Below the pieces are notes generated by a model. That model made no database searches, was not told the origin of the DNA, and saw only the letters and a list, made by a program, of their open reading frames with translations. The translations under genes were made by a program, and so were the position numbers. Source: Vicugna vicugna (lineage: Eukaryota). Taken from it: 64,000 nucleotides of DNA. Where the stretch lies: NCBI GenBank assembly GCA_013265495.1, contig MU061578.1, positions 3,545,308 to 3,609,307 on the forward strand, read 5' to 3'. The first letter of the stretch is position 1. Each line of letters starts with the position of its first letter. Shown here piece after piece: positions 1 through 12,819 of the stretch.

Positions 1-500
1 AAACGATGCAACCACCATGGAGAACAGTCTGCGGTTCCTCAGCAGGTTAAGCCCAGAGCAACCACAAGACCAAGCAACTCCGCTCCTGGGTATACACCCA
101 GGAGAATCGAAGATGGGCACCTGCCCGCCCATGTTCATTCCAGCGCAGTCACAGTCTCAGCAGCCTAGGGTGGAAACAGCCCAAGAGTCCATTGAAAGAT
201 GATGGATAAACAGAATGTGGTCCGTCCATACAGTGGGATATCCTCCAGCCCTAGAAAGGAATGAAGTGCTGATATGCTACAGCCTGGATGGACCTTGCAA
301 CCATTATTCTGAGTGAAAGAGGCCAGACACAAAGGGCCACATACCTGAAATGAGTCCACTTGTATGAAACGTCTAAAACAGGCAAATCCAGAGACAGAAA
401 GCTGATCAGTGGGTACCAGGGCCAGGGGTGGGGTGGAGAGGGACTGCTGATGGGCACGGGGTTTCATTTTGGGATGATGGAAATGTCTAGAACTGGGAAG
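1..500 (+). mobile_element. Old LINE-1 (L1M-type) 3' end fragment
   Basis: Typical L1 ORF2-end/3'UTR wording: 'gcaaccaccatggagaacagtctgcggttcctc', 'gatggataaacagaatgtggtc', 'tggatggaccttgcaaccattattctgagtgaaagaggccagacacaaaggg', 'acaggcaaatccagagacagaaag'. Boundaries approximate. Confidence 0.8.
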
Positions 501-1355
501 GGTGATGGTTGCACCAGGGAGACCAGTGAGGCACCTCCCCGTCAGCCTGGGTGAGGACAGTGGTGGGGGACGGTGTTACAGGTGGCTGTGTGGCACTGAG
601 AGGCAGCCTCTCTCCATCTAGCCCTTCCCACAGGGTTTCATGAGCTGAGAGCTGTAAACGGGTCTGAGAGGAGACACCCTGTCCTCCCCAGCAGGAGGAG
701 GATCTTTGCTGTGATGGTGAGGGGCACTGAGGTCCGGGAGCCACGTTCTAGCCCCACGGCTTCCCACACAGTCCCTTCCCTTGGCAGGTTCAGCAGCGAT
801 GAGTTTTATGTGGCTGTTAGACATCTTCCCAGCAGAATCCCTGGAGAATTCTAAATTTCAGTCGCACGCTTTAAATTTTCATTAAGAGCTTTCACCCGGA
901 GAAAATGATGGATTAGATTTTATCGTTGGAAAGAAGCCAGATAAAATTAGATGCCTTTTAGTCCCCATGGCCCACCCCTCACCCCCTGCTTTTTTCTAAA
1001 GTCTTTGCTTTTCTCTCTTGGTTCCCAGCAAACAGGTGCCTGCGGATGTTTGTTCGTTAAAAACACTGGTGTCCGCAGCTGCCTCTGAGCTTTTCTGCTT
1101 TTGTTTCACGAGTGATCTTTTTTTGCTTCAATCTCTGCGAGCCTGGGGCAGTTTTGGGCCTTGAGCTCTGCACTGGGGGTGTGTGTGTGGTTTCTTTCTT
1201 CTATTCTGTAAAGCTTGTTAGTTGTTAGAACTTTGTAGCTGTTGCTGGTAGAATATTTTGCTGCACTAATCCGAGTCCTCGTCTGTCTCTTTTTTTCTCC
1301 CCAAGTTCTCCTCCTTCTCAGAAGTAACCCTCTGCCTTCTCATCAAAGTACAGTA

Positions 1356-1446
1356 GAGTTTGCTTCAGCAGCACATGCACTAAAACTGGATCAGTACAGA
1401 GATTAGCAAGGATGACACGCAAATGCGTGAAGTGTTCCATATTTTT
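1356..1446 (+). pseudogene. U6 snRNA pseudogene, diverged, with internal deletions
   Basis: 'gagtttgcttcagcagcacatgcactaaaactggatcagtacagagattagcaaggatgacacgcaaatgcgtgaagtgttccatattttt' aligns end to end with U6 (GTGCTCGCTTCGGCAGCACATATACTAAAATTGG...GGATGACACGCAAATTCGTGAAGCGTTCCATATTTTT). It has many substitutions and lacks 'TGGCCCCTGCGCA'. Confidence 0.92.
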
Positions 1447-3204
1447 CATGCGCGTTTAGTCAGTTTACCAGAAGAGTGATTTTCCGATGGCTACCCTGCC
1501 CCATTTCTGGGAGGCTCTGTCAGGATTTTGAGACGATATGGGCTGAAAAAAAAATCACACTAAATTTTACATTATGGTTAGCATTTGGAAAATTTTTATA
1601 AAAATAAAACATTTTTATTTCACACTAACTGTGAATCAGAAAGTGTGACAAAATCTTGGCTGGTAAGGCTATGTGGGATATAGATTCTAAGAGTGATCTT
1701 CAAGATGGAGAGAGACAAGTGTGTGTGAAATTTTTGTGATAAACACAAGACGGCTTTAGAGCTGATTCTCCATTTCATCTGTATTCCTGCAGTTCTGTTG
1801 CTCGCCACTAGGTGCATGTGATTGCTGTTAAAAGATTGCAGTCATTAGGATAATAAATCTATTCTTGGCAGTCTGTCTCTATATACCTCTGTGTCTCTCT
1901 CTGTCTTCCACGTGGAATTCAGCAGAGCCCTTGAGCAGATTTCAGACTGCCTTGCCCTCACGTGTCCCAGCACCTTAAATTGATCGTATGGGAAAGATAG
2001 ATCCGCTTGCAGGGAAGGGGATTGTTTGTGCTGTATTCAGAAGTGGGCAGACCGAGTGCGTGTTCCGCAGAGCCTGAGAGGAACCTGCAGGAGGGGCGCA
2101 CATGGTCAGAAGGACCCGGTCATAAACGACAGGCTTCCCCAGGTGAAAACCTCCCACTTCTCCCGAGCCTGTCTCCTTCTGCAGTGCTAGTCTTGGCAGG
2201 CTTACAGCCCCCACTGAAAAGTGTTCCTTCCACCCCCACCCCATACCGAATTTTAACATCCCAAAGGTGCTCTCTTGGCAGCTGACAGGAAAGGTTAACA
2301 GACAGTTTTATTGGTTTCGCGATGCTGTTTCAGGATGATGTCGCCCAAATCCCTTGGAACGTTTTTGGGACCTCGGATTCAGGGCACACTGTGAAGCCCC
2401 AGAGGCGGGGGGCGGGGGGGCCTGCACCGAGGACCCCTGCAGGTGAGGGGTGGCTGCCGGCTGCCCCTCAGGCTCTGAATGAGACCTCAGAGCCAGTGTC
2501 TGGTCACAGCAGCCATTAGGACAGGCGTTCTGTTTTTCGCCTTGTCATCACCCACGGGGCCAGCGGGGCTGTGGGCTGTTTTGTTGGTGGTTTGTTCCTA
2601 CTTCCACCCTCCCCTACCAGTGCTGGTTACACAGCATCAAGCAGAGACGAAGAGCTTCCCGGTGCCCCCAGCCAGCCATACTCAGCCACTGAGCCCTGGA
2701 ATTGCTCAGCCCAGACCAAGGTGCTCTGAGTGTGAAACGCACACCAGATGCAAAAACAACACAGAATGACGGATTAATAACTCGTACATTAGTCCACGGC
2801 AAAGCAGGAATGTGGTAGATCTGTCAGGTTAAATGCATTATCTAGATTAATTTCATTTGTTCCCTTTTATTTTGTGAATGTGTGTGGCTGCTAGAAAATG
2901 TGCAGTTACAGCTGTAGCTCACATGATATTTCTCTTGGATAGAACCCATCTTCTTGGAACACATACATGCATACACACTCACATGGATGTAATAGTGCAA
3001 GCACACACGCATGTGCACACACGTGTGGGGAAGTGTTGGACTCACGGCCTCACGGGGAAAACGAAGCCGCCCGTCCTGATTGTGCTGAGTGGCCTACAGG
3101 GCTGAGAACCCTGCTCACCTTCCCCTGTGACAGCGACAGCGGGACATGAGACTCACCAGCCTGTTCTGCCCCAGTTCTCCCTGCCACTGGTTTTTACCGG
3201 TTTC

Positions 3205-3560
3205 TTTTCTCTTTTTAAAATTGAGATGAAATACATGTCATGTGAAGTTAACCATTTTAGATTCAACAATTTGAAGCATTTGGTGCATTCAGGGATGCGC
3301 AACCACCACCTCTGTCTGGTTCCAGAACATTCTCATCCCTCAGGGAAACCTGTCCTCATGAGCGGCTCCTCCCTACCCCCCCCCCCCAGGCACCCGCTCC
3401 TCTGCTCTCGCTCTTGCGGACCAGCCGGTTCTGGACGGTCCGTGCAGTCACACACCACTTGGCTTCTCTCACTCAGCATCAGGTTTTTGAGGTGCATCTC
3501 TGTGATGGTGTGTGTCCTTTCTTTTTGTGGCTGAGTCACTGCCCTTGTGGATGGATAGAC
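3205..3560 (-). mobile_element. Old LINE-1 3' end fragment
   Basis: Antisense L1 3'UTR wording: 'tttaaaattgagatgaaatacatg', 'aaccaccacctctgtctggttccagaacattctcatc', 'tggcttctctcactcagcatcaggtttttgagg'. Confidence 0.75.
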
Positions 3561-4294
3561 TGCTCACCTGGGAGGGGTGCTCAGGCTGTGGAGATGGGAA
3601 CAGCTGCTCTCACTGCCTTTCTAGCAGCACCCAGGCCCTGGTTCCCTGGCAGAGCCAGAAACGCTGTGTGCTGAGTGCAGCCGCAGGGGCCCAGGGTCTG
3701 TCCTGGTGCAGAAGCAGAACTCTGCCGGCGAGAGGCCTTTATCAGGTGGATCCAGTTGCCCAAGGCTGTTAGGGTGCAGTGGGTCCAGAGCTCACCTTTC
3801 AGCCCGAGGCTGGGGAGGGGGTGGGGGCCTTGTGTGGGACTGGGCCGGAGGCCTGTCTTTCCACCTGAAAGTGCTGGTGCTTCCCATCATCGGGCTGGGC
3901 AAGGCCAGGCCAGGCCCCTCCAAGTGCTCCGAGGCAGGTGTGAGTGTGGGGCTGTTGTTCATTTGGGGGTCATCCTCTTGGCTTCTTGGACAGGTGTCTG
4001 TCATGTGGGGGTGTCAGCTGGGGCATGTGGTAGGGGAGCCTGAGGAAATACGAGGAGAGGCCATAGGGCTCAGCACAGCCTGGGCTGAGAAGGGGTGTGG
4101 GGGCTGCAAGGGATCTGAGGAATCTGGTGGGAGAAGCTCAGGAGAGTCACGTGGACTGGGAGGGAGGGGCTGCCGGTGTGTGATCTGAGGGGCTGTGTCC
4201 CAGAACCACCCTCTGTCCTGGGGACATCCTGTTTAGCCAAGCCCAGGGGCCTGCAACCTCTCGTTTTTGAGGTGAGAGCCCTGTGAGACATGAC

Positions 4295-4790
4295 AACCAT
4301 TTTGAAGTGAACAGTTCATCAGCATTTGGCATGTTCACAATGTTGTGAACCACCACTCTGGTTCTGGAGCATTCCCCAAATGAAACCCTGAGTCCATTAG
4401 CTGTCACACCCCATGCTCAGCCTACCTCCCACTTTCTGTCTGGTCCTCGAGAGAGAGGACTCACATGCGGTCTGTCCTTCTGTCCTCCTCTGTCTGGCTT
4501 CTCCCACTGAGCACCACGCCCTCCGGGTTCCTCCACACTGTAGCGGGTGTCAGAGTCTCCGTCCTTCCCGAGGCTGAGTCATGTCCTGCTGCGTGGATGG
4601 ACCGTGTTGCCCTGGTCTGATGTCTGTCGTCCATACTGGGTTGGGAATCTCTCGGCCTTGCGACCACCTGCTGGGTGGGCCTGCTGGGCCCTGGGTGTCC
4701 GTGCGGTGTCTCGTTGAGAAGGAGGAGCAGGAGGATAAGCGGCTTTGCCAAGGGTGCCACCTGCAACCACCGTGCGGGTGAAACAGCATG
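4295..4790 (-). mobile_element. Old LINE-1 3' end fragment
   Basis: 'ccattttgaagtgaacagttcatcagcatttggcatgttcacaatgttgtgaaccaccac' and 'tctggcttctcccactgagcacc' resemble antisense L1M 3'UTR. Confidence 0.65.
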
Positions 4791-4833
4791 AGGGTATCTG
4801 TCTGGGCCATTCAAGGCCGAAATCCAGAACCTG

Positions 4834-5220
4834 ACTGAATTAGTGTCCCATGGCCACCACAACAAATGCCACAAAGTGGGGGCCTGAGCTGACACTGAGT
4901 GTCTCACAGCCTGGAGCCGGGGTCAGAGGAGGTGCCTCAGGGCCATGCCCCCTTCAGAGGCTCCGGGGAGGATCCTTCTGGGCTCGGTCAGCTCCTGGGG
5001 CTTCAGGTGTCCTGGGCTGTGGCTGTGTCACTCCAGCCTCTGCGTCCACCTTCATCAGGCTTCTCCTCTTTGTCTCTCCTCTTCCGTTTTCTGTAAGGAC
5101 AGTCATTAGATTTAGGGCTACTCTGATCCAGGATGATCTCATCTCAAAGATCCTTCACTTATTTATATCTTCAGGGACCCCATTTCCAAATAATGTCATA
5201 ATCTGATGTTCAGGTTGTAT
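4834..5220 (-). mobile_element. MaLR LTR (MLT1-type), solo
   Basis: MLT1 hallmarks: 'acaacaaatgccacaaagtgggg', 'ggaggatccttc', 'taaggacagtcattagatttagggc', 'ccaggatgatctcatctcaaagatcctt', 'gaccccatttccaaataa'. Confidence 0.75.
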
Positions 5221-7547
5221 TCATCATGTTATACAATTTTCTGTATCTTGTAATGTTTTGACATCATAAAAACCTGTGCTTCCAGACCCCACACCACCTC
5301 CTTGTCCACTCCTCACACTCTGTGCCAGTATTCCTCTTGTCCTAAGTTACCTGGGGCCAGGGACTAATCAGCTGGGGCAGCCCTGTGCCCCTGGCCCCGG
5401 TAAAGGCTCTTCCGGGCCTCCCCTCTCCTGCTTCCACCCGGGTGCTTCCATGTGGCCCTGGCTTTGTGGCCCGAGCTGTTCTGTCTCTACTGTGGCCGCA
5501 CCTGACCAACCATCTCTTAAGAGAACACTGAACAGACAGGGCACAGATCACAGTGAATATGGGGACACTCAGCCCACTGCTTGGACTGCATACATATCTG
5601 TGTCGATATTAGGCCAGCAGGTCTGGCCACTGTCCACCCCCTTGATGCACGCTGGGACAGGGTGACCAGACACCTGCTGGGATGCCCCATCCCAGGCCTT
5701 AGCCCTGGGAACCTCTGTCTGGGCTCTGAGGTGCTGCTGACTCAGTGCATTTCAGACAAGCAGGAAGTTCCTGAGAGGAAAACCACAGCTTTATTTTTAT
5801 TTAATTCCAGCTATTCTGTGGTTTTTGGAGATGGCCTTTAAAGATTCGTCTTTGATTTTTATCTCAAAGAGATTCAGAAAAGCCCACGGGTCGGGCTCCA
5901 GAGAAAACACACAGAAGAGAAGTGGGGAGCTCGCGCCAGGCAGCTGCGGGAGCGGGCAGAACGGGCCTGGGGCGCGCGCTCCGGAGGAGGAGCCACAGCC
6001 TGGAGCCCTGCCAGAACCCCTCAGGGTCAGTCCCCACAGGCTGCAGGCTGCACGCGCCTTCGGGTTTTAGGGGTGGTGTGATTTCATTGTCACTGGCCGG
6101 GAAAGCACAACCAGGTCCCTTGTTGCTTCCTCTGGCCACAATGAGGGTGATGGTGCCTCAGGGGTCCCGGTGACCTTTCGATGCCATGGAGGCCCAGCTG
6201 GAGAATGGAGAAATGGCTTTCTAGAAAACACCACAAGGGGCACCCCACAAGGGGCAACCATTTGGGGGCAGGACCAATAGCCGAGGACAGAGGAAGGGCC
6301 TTCTTCCAGGGAGCTGACCCCAGCCCCAGCCCCAAGCCACTGCTCTGGCTGCACATCGGCCCCTTGGTTGTTCCCCCGACTGCTGACATCCCATGCCGGC
6401 CCTCTGAGAGTCCAGCTCTTGCCTGGAGTCCAAAGTCCCTGAGGTCCTCCCTTGGGGTCAGGCTCCCCTGGATTCTGGGGCTGGTCTCTGTGCCAAGGGA
6501 GGGTCACAAGTTCTTAGGGGAAAAACCAAAACAAACTAAACATAGAAGTTGATCCATGCAGTGGGATCCTTTTGGGAAGGGGAGACACTATGACAAGTCG
6601 GCTTGCTCCAAGCCCATCTAAGGGACACCATACAAGTCGAGGACACGTGGTGGGCCTTGGAGGACCAGGCCAACATGGGAACATCTCCCTCCCGTCCGTC
6701 TGGACTCAGTGACCATCAGCTTTTGAAGACGAGGGCCCTGGCCTTGTGGGGGACCCAGAATTGATCTGTCTGATGTTGCCTTATGACAGATGGTTCACAC
6801 GTGTGCATCTGTGCAGGATTGCTGCCTGGCACAGCCTTTTGGGAGGGCATGGTTTCCACGGGGTCTGTTTCTGGCCATGTTCACTGTGATGGCTCAATCA
6901 GCACCGTGGCCTCAAGGCCTCTTGCCCCTTTGGAACCTTGAAACTAAAAGTCTTGCTCTTCATCAGACTCTTCATTCATTTGTTCATTCATTTCCCATTT
7001 CATGTTCATGCTCTAGAGTATGGGCCTTGGCCTGTGGGTGCCCCTCATTTGTGGTTCTGTCCTTTCTTCCTGGACTGAAGATGTTCAGGCTCTGTTGTCC
7101 GCAGCCAGCCCTGGACATGGCTTCTCTGCAGAGCCTGGTGTCTTTCAGCGGGTGGTACAATTTCGAAGGTATTCTAGGTGCTCTTGGAGGACGGAACGAA
7201 GGAACTCGTGAATGTGAACACATACATTTGTTTGTGCGCTTGTGTCTGTAGCCACTTGTATTGAAAGTGAGTTCATGCCTGTGCCCCCGAGTCCACTCAG
7301 CTCCGCAGCCTCACTTGTAACCCCTCCCAGCCCTGCCTGCTGCTGCTGCCCACCCTGTGGCTCTCATCCCTGTTGAGGACGCCTGACTTGTCCTGTCCTG
7401 CTAGTGGCTCTAGGGTTGCACATTCCGGAAAGGGCAGAGCTGTTCTGGGAATAAGTGAATAAGGAGGCAGAAGGGCCCCAGGGGATGAGGGTGTGGCCCC
7501 TGGTGGGACCTCGGCTCCATTACCACCTGCTTGGGGCAGAGTCACAT

Positions 7548-7640
7548 CACCTGCCTCAGTTTCCTCCTCTGAGAATTGGGGATAATAATGATGCGTGGCC
7601 TACTGGAATAAGGTCATTTATGTAAGGATGTAAGGATGGG
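7548..7640. mobile_element. MIR SINE core fragment
   Basis: 'gcctcagtttcctcctctgagaattggggataataatg' matches the MIR core. Confidence 0.6.
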
Positions 7641-8349
7641 CCTGCCTGGCGGGCCCTCAGAGCTGAATGTGCTAGGTATGGCTAGGACATTAACGTGTGA
7701 AAAGAGTGAGGCGTGTTTGCTGTGGCCGCTGCTCCTGCACCTGCTCAGGTAGCAGGGACCTGTCTGGCTCCTCTGCGCCCAGTCAGGTGAGTGGATGCCC
7801 CCGCTGACACCTGGGGCTGACAGTCCTCTCTAGGTAGACACAGTTCTGTTCAGCTACACTAGTCACCTGGGGTGCAGCAGAGTCCTGTCCCAAGCTGGGC
7901 ACTGGTCACCAGACTCTGCCGGGGGCTCTGTGGCTGTCCCCTCCGCTCTCTGGTCTGGACCGCACCCTCTCCAGGCAGCGCACAGACGAAGCACAGTGTG
8001 TGCAGGCCCTCTGTCCGAGGTGGGTGTGCCAGGCTTCCTGTCTCCCTCCCATCCCTCCTCTCCCTCTCCCAGCTCCTTTTAGGTCTTGGCTTTGCCTGTT
8101 ATGTGATTTCCTTTCTGGGCCCCCTGTGCATCCGATTAGCATTTGAAAGAACCCACATTTGCACTTAACAAGCCTGAGGTGGTTTCTGGCTACAGCTGGG
8201 GCCTGTGCTATAAGTGTCTGGAGTCTACATCTGGTGAAAGGGACCGACCCCGGAGGGAGCATCCCTGCCCTTCAGCGGGAGTGCCAAGGCTGGCTGACGG
8301 GGTCCCTTGGACCTTTGCACGGGGGGCTCAGGCTGGTCTGCTTTCAGGG

Positions 8350-8742
8350 TCTGTGTTACTTTAACAGGGCTGCCTAACAAAGCACCACAGGCTTGGGCTC
8401 AAACCACAGAAGCACGTCCCCTCATGCTTGGGGGTCGAGACCAGGCCACTCTCTCTGAGGCTCCAGCGGAGGCTCCTCCTGCTTCTCCCAGCTTCTGGCG
8501 CTGCCGGCAACCCCTGGGGTTCCTGGTCTGCAGATTCATCACCGTCTGTCTCGTCTTCACATGGCTCTGTCTGTGTGTCTCTTCTTCCTCCTATAAGGAC
8601 ACCCGTTTTAGTGGATTAGGGCCACCCTGCTCCAGTGGGACCCCTTCTTAACTAATTACATCTGCAAAGACCCTATTTCCAGACAAGGTCACATTCTGAG
8701 GTGCTGGGGGTCAGGGTGTCAGCATCTTTTTTGGGGGACAAA
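8350..8742 (-). mobile_element. MaLR LTR (MLT1-type), solo
   Basis: 'agggctgcctaacaaagcaccacaggcttgg', 'tataaggacacc...ggattagggccaccc', 'aattacatctgcaaagaccctatttccagacaaggtcacattctgaggtgctggggg'. Confidence 0.8.
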
Positions 8743-8854
8743 AGGCTGGAAACAGCAGAGAACATCTTTGTAGAAGCTGAGCTCACAGGCACAAGAGTGA
8801 ACTCAGTTCCTGCAAGGAAGTGCTGGGTTTTGGAGCATGAGCACTTGTAATTCA

Positions 8855-10920
8855 GTTCTTTAACTTTTCGTTGTGAAATAATCTCACATTTAGAGAAAAG
8901 TTGTAAAAGCAGTACAGTGAATCCTGCATTCCTTTCTCCCAGATCAGCTAAAGGTCAACATTTCCCGTGTTTGCTTTGTCCTCAGGGGTTGAGTTGCATT
9001 AAGGTGCCCCTACACTAAATATTCCCGGAGTGTGTTTCCTAAACACGGGACCTTCGTTCTCCTGTGACAGTGGCACAGGTCAAACTTGAAATATTAACCT
9101 TGATGCAGTACTACATGTTCTCAAATCTGCAATTTGTACTGTTTCTTTAATTGTCCCAATGATGACTTTTGCACACTTTTTAGGTTTATTCCGAAGTGTT
9201 TCATCTTCTTGGTTTCTGATGTTGATTGGGGTTTCTGCACTTTCGCCGCTGGTTATTTTGTGTGGACACGAAGCTCTGGATTTCTGTGTATTAATTTCAT
9301 GCCTCGCTGTGCTCACCTACTGTTTGAGTCTGTTTTCCCCATTGATTTTCTAGGGCCGAGCCTCCTGTCCAATGTGATGGTCATGTGTGGCTGGGAAGTT
9401 TACATGCACATGAAATAAAATGAAGTGAAACCAAATATTGGTTCCTCAGTCACAGGAGCCCCATTTCAAATTTCAGTAGCCGCCTGTGGTGGGGGTGTCC
9501 TGTATCAGACTCAGAGGGTACAGAGCATTCCATCATCACAGAAAGTTTAACTGCACAGCATTGTTCCAGGCTTTTCCAGGTATACAATCATAGCCTCTGC
9601 AAATAGAGACAGTTTTTCTTTTCACTTTTTTTTAATGATCTTCACGGATTTTTCTTATCTGATTGCAGTGGCTAATGCCTCGGTACAATGTTGACACTAG
9701 CATCTTTTTTAGGGGGGGTGATAAATTTAGGAAAAGGCATAAATATTTTATTTTGTTAAGAAAATATCAATCAGTTCCTGTTTTCCTTACTGTTTATATT
9801 TTTATCGGGAATGGGTGTTAAATTTTGTCAGGGCTTTTTTGTACCTACAGAGGGACTCATGTGGTTTTTCTCCTGGAATCTATCAGTATAGTGAATTTTA
9901 TGTGTGGAATTTCTGATAGTGAGGCAACTTTGAAGTCTTGGAATAAATTCCCCTTGGTTGTGGTGTATTATTTTCCTTACATGGGGTTGTATTCTATTGG
10001 CCAATGTTTTTGGTTAGTGCTTTTGCATCAGTATTCATAATTGATATTGACTAGTAAATGTTTTCTTTCCTACTGTCTTTATCATGGTTAGGTTATCAAT
10101 GTTCTTCTTGCATTAGAAAGAGAATATAGAAGCATTTTCAATGCTGTGGGATAATTTGTAAAGCTTTGAGACCATCTGGTCCTTAAAGATTTGGTAGAAG
10201 TTATCTGTGAAATTATCTAGGGCTGTTGCTTTTTGGGGGGGGGCGGGGTTGTTCCTGGTAACTATTTCTTTCATGAAAATAGGTCTAAGTTTTCCATCTC
10301 TAATAGGGCCAGTTTGGGGACTGTATTTCTCTAGGAAATTATCTGTTTCATCTAGGTTTTCAAATGTGTTTGTAGAGACTGATGCAAAGTAGCCTGTTTT
10401 ACGATTTGTTTTGTTTTCATGGTTATTTCCCCTTATGTATTTTGTATATTTGGCTTTCTCTTTTCACAATTAAGTTGACTAATGCATGAACTATTCTGTT
10501 AATTTAAAAATCAGGATTTTGGTTTACTAATCGGGACTATTGTTTTTCTGTTCTTTACCTCATAATGCCTATCCTCATTTTTATTATGTTCTTATGTTCT
10601 TCACTGATTTACTTGGTTCTTTTTCTAAGCTTTTTGGGGTTGGGAATTTTAATTTTTCATCTTTTTTTATAAAAATATTCGATACTATTAATTTTCCTGT
10701 GATCAGTGCCTTAAATGTATTTCATAGATTCTGAATAGTAGTGTTTTCATGTCATTTTTTAGAAGTCCTGTAATTTTAGTTGTATTTCCCCACTCATCCA
10801 AGAGTTAATAGGTTAAAAAAATTTCCACATGAGGGTCTTTTTTCTCTCCGTTTTTTGACACTGTTAATGACTTGTGGTCTTACTGTATTGTGATCGGTTT
10901 TGTAATATTTCTAGTTCATA
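8855..10920 (-). mobile_element. Old LINE-1 fragments (3'UTR then ORF2-derived), antisense
   Basis: T-rich block with antisense L1 phrases: 'ttgtgaaataatctcacatttagagaaaagttgtaaa', 'ttttccaggtatacaatcatagcctctgcaaatagagacagttt', 'ggaataaattccccttggttgtggtg', 'tttggtagaag'. Interrupted by MER3. Confidence 0.75.
9363..9562 (-). mobile_element. MER3-like hAT-Charlie non-autonomous DNA transposon
   Basis: 'ctgtccaat...catgtgtggct...ttcctcagtcacaggagccccatttcaa...cagagcattccatcatcacagaaagtttaactgcacagc' follows the reverse complement of the recalled MER3 consensus. It is inserted within the L1. Confidence 0.7.
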
Positions 10921-12403
10921 GAAATATTGCTGAGTGCCTCGTTTGTGACTGTTAGATTTCTGTGGCTGTGTAACAAATTTCCATAGCTTGGCCTCTTAAG
11001 CCACACCTGGTTACCATCATCTCTCAGCTGTTTAGGTAGGAAGCCCCGCCCACCTAGCTGGGGTCTCTGCTCACCTGGAACTCAGGGTTGCCTGGGGCTG
11101 TGTGGGCTTCTCAAGCAGGCTCAGGTGGGCAGCGTGAAGTCTTTAAGGAGCGTCACCACGTCCTGTTTCAGGCCCCGCCCACTCTTGGGGCGTGGTCACG
11201 GCAGGCTGGGTCTCCAGGAGGGGCCCTTGGGCCTGGGCTGTGGTCAGCAGGGCTCCTCCCCCCCGGGCCACGCCCTTCCCCGCGCTTCTCACCGGAGTGT
11301 GCTCCTCGACCTGAGTGGAGAGGTGAGCGGTTCAAGGCGGACGCCTGAGTACGATGGGCCACAGGTGGTGGCCTTGGCTTTGTGCACGAGCGCGCGAGTT
11401 TCACGCGCCCGTTCCTAAGGGCACATCAGCATCTCCTGAGCGAGAAGAGATCAACTGGACTGGTGGGTATGTTCATGGGACTGCGTCAGGGTTAATTCAC
11501 TGCACTGACGGGGTGTCAGGATGGTCCCCTGGGGAGGTCAGTGTGAGCAGCGGGCTGGAGAGCGGTGTACTTGGGGCCACAAGGAGGTGGGGGCCAGTGA
11601 GTAGGGTGGCTGGGGGACTTGGGGCCTCAGGCCCAGCAGCTGAAGCTGTGGTGGGGGACATGCTTTTGGTGGGGCGGTAGCAGTGGCTGGAGGTGGCTGT
11701 GGGGAAAGGGTTGGGACAGAGTTGGAGGGAAGCAGCCTAGGGGTCAGAAGGTGGCCGTGAGGTGCCTGGGCGGAGGGCCTGGCTGTGTCTGGGGTCTCCT
11801 CAGTTGTGAGGCTGTACGAGTGGGGTTGGGGGCACAAGCAGAGCGGGCCGGTTACATGCAAGAACCGGAGAGGAAGGGTCTCCAGAGGGTCACCAGAGGG
11901 CGGCCCAGGTGGAGCAGCAAGGGTTCATCCCCTGGGGATGCCTGCAGGGCCAGAGCCGGCCTATCCCAGTGGTGGCTGCACAGCAACTGTCTGGTTGGCC
12001 CTGGTCACCTTCCTGCAGGACAGAGACTGGGAGACATGGGTCCTTTTTGCCATGAGCAGCGCCCCAGTGTCATCAGGAGAGGTGTTTGAGAGCCATGGCC
12101 AGGGAAACAGCCCAGAAGAAGGTGGGTTTCTTCTTGCCCAGTGTGAATGAGACCAGGACACTCCTATCTGTGTGGCATCTGCAGGCCCACCCTGGGCCCA
12201 GGCACAGCTCAGCACTAGACCTGGGGAAAGGTCAGAGGTCAGGGGTCCCCTCCCCGCCGAGCAGTGTGAGTGTGAGGGTGGGCCCTGAGCGGGTGTAAGA
12301 GGGGAGCAGGGTTGTGGGAATTGGCTTGAGGGTGGGCTCTCGGGGCCACTGGCCTGTGTGTGAGTATGTGAGGCCTCAGCTTCGTGGAGCCCTTGGGGTC
12401 ACA

Positions 12404-12510
12404 GGTTATGGTGTGCTGAGTGGTGCCTCCTCAAAGATGTGTCTTTAGAACCTGTGAAGGTGGCCCTGTTTGGAAATGGGGTCTTTGCAGGTGTGTTAAG
12501 AGTGAGGGTT
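12404..12510 (+). mobile_element. MLT1 LTR 5' fragment
   Basis: 'ttatggtgtgctgagtggtgcctcctcaaagatgtgtc...gaacctgtgaaggtggccctgtttggaaatggggtctttgcaggtgtgttaag' resembles the start of an MLT1 LTR. Confidence 0.65.
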
Positions 12511-12819
12511 GGGACCCTCAGAGCCATAGAGGTCACCTGGGCCGTACCCTCATGTGCTGATGAGGAAACTGAGGCCCGTAGAGGACCAGAGCCTGGGGGC
12601 CCTGCTCCTGTTCTTTTTGCTCCTAAAACCAAGGTGTGATTGCTTAGTGTGAAGATGTGGTCTGGTGAGTTTGGCGGGTCACATGCCAGCCCTGAGGGCC
12701 ACTCCGGAGGAAACCGCCAGGGTCCCCCACCAACCCCAGGGTGGCTCTGGAACGGCTTTCTCTGTTGGCCTCCAGGATGACACTGACAGGCCGATGTCCT
12801 GATCTTTTAGGGGAAGCAC

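Noticed and set aside
1356..1446. Functional U6 snRNA gene
   Set aside because: It lacks part of the catalytic internal stem-loop, has many substitutions, and has no evident TATA/PSE upstream.
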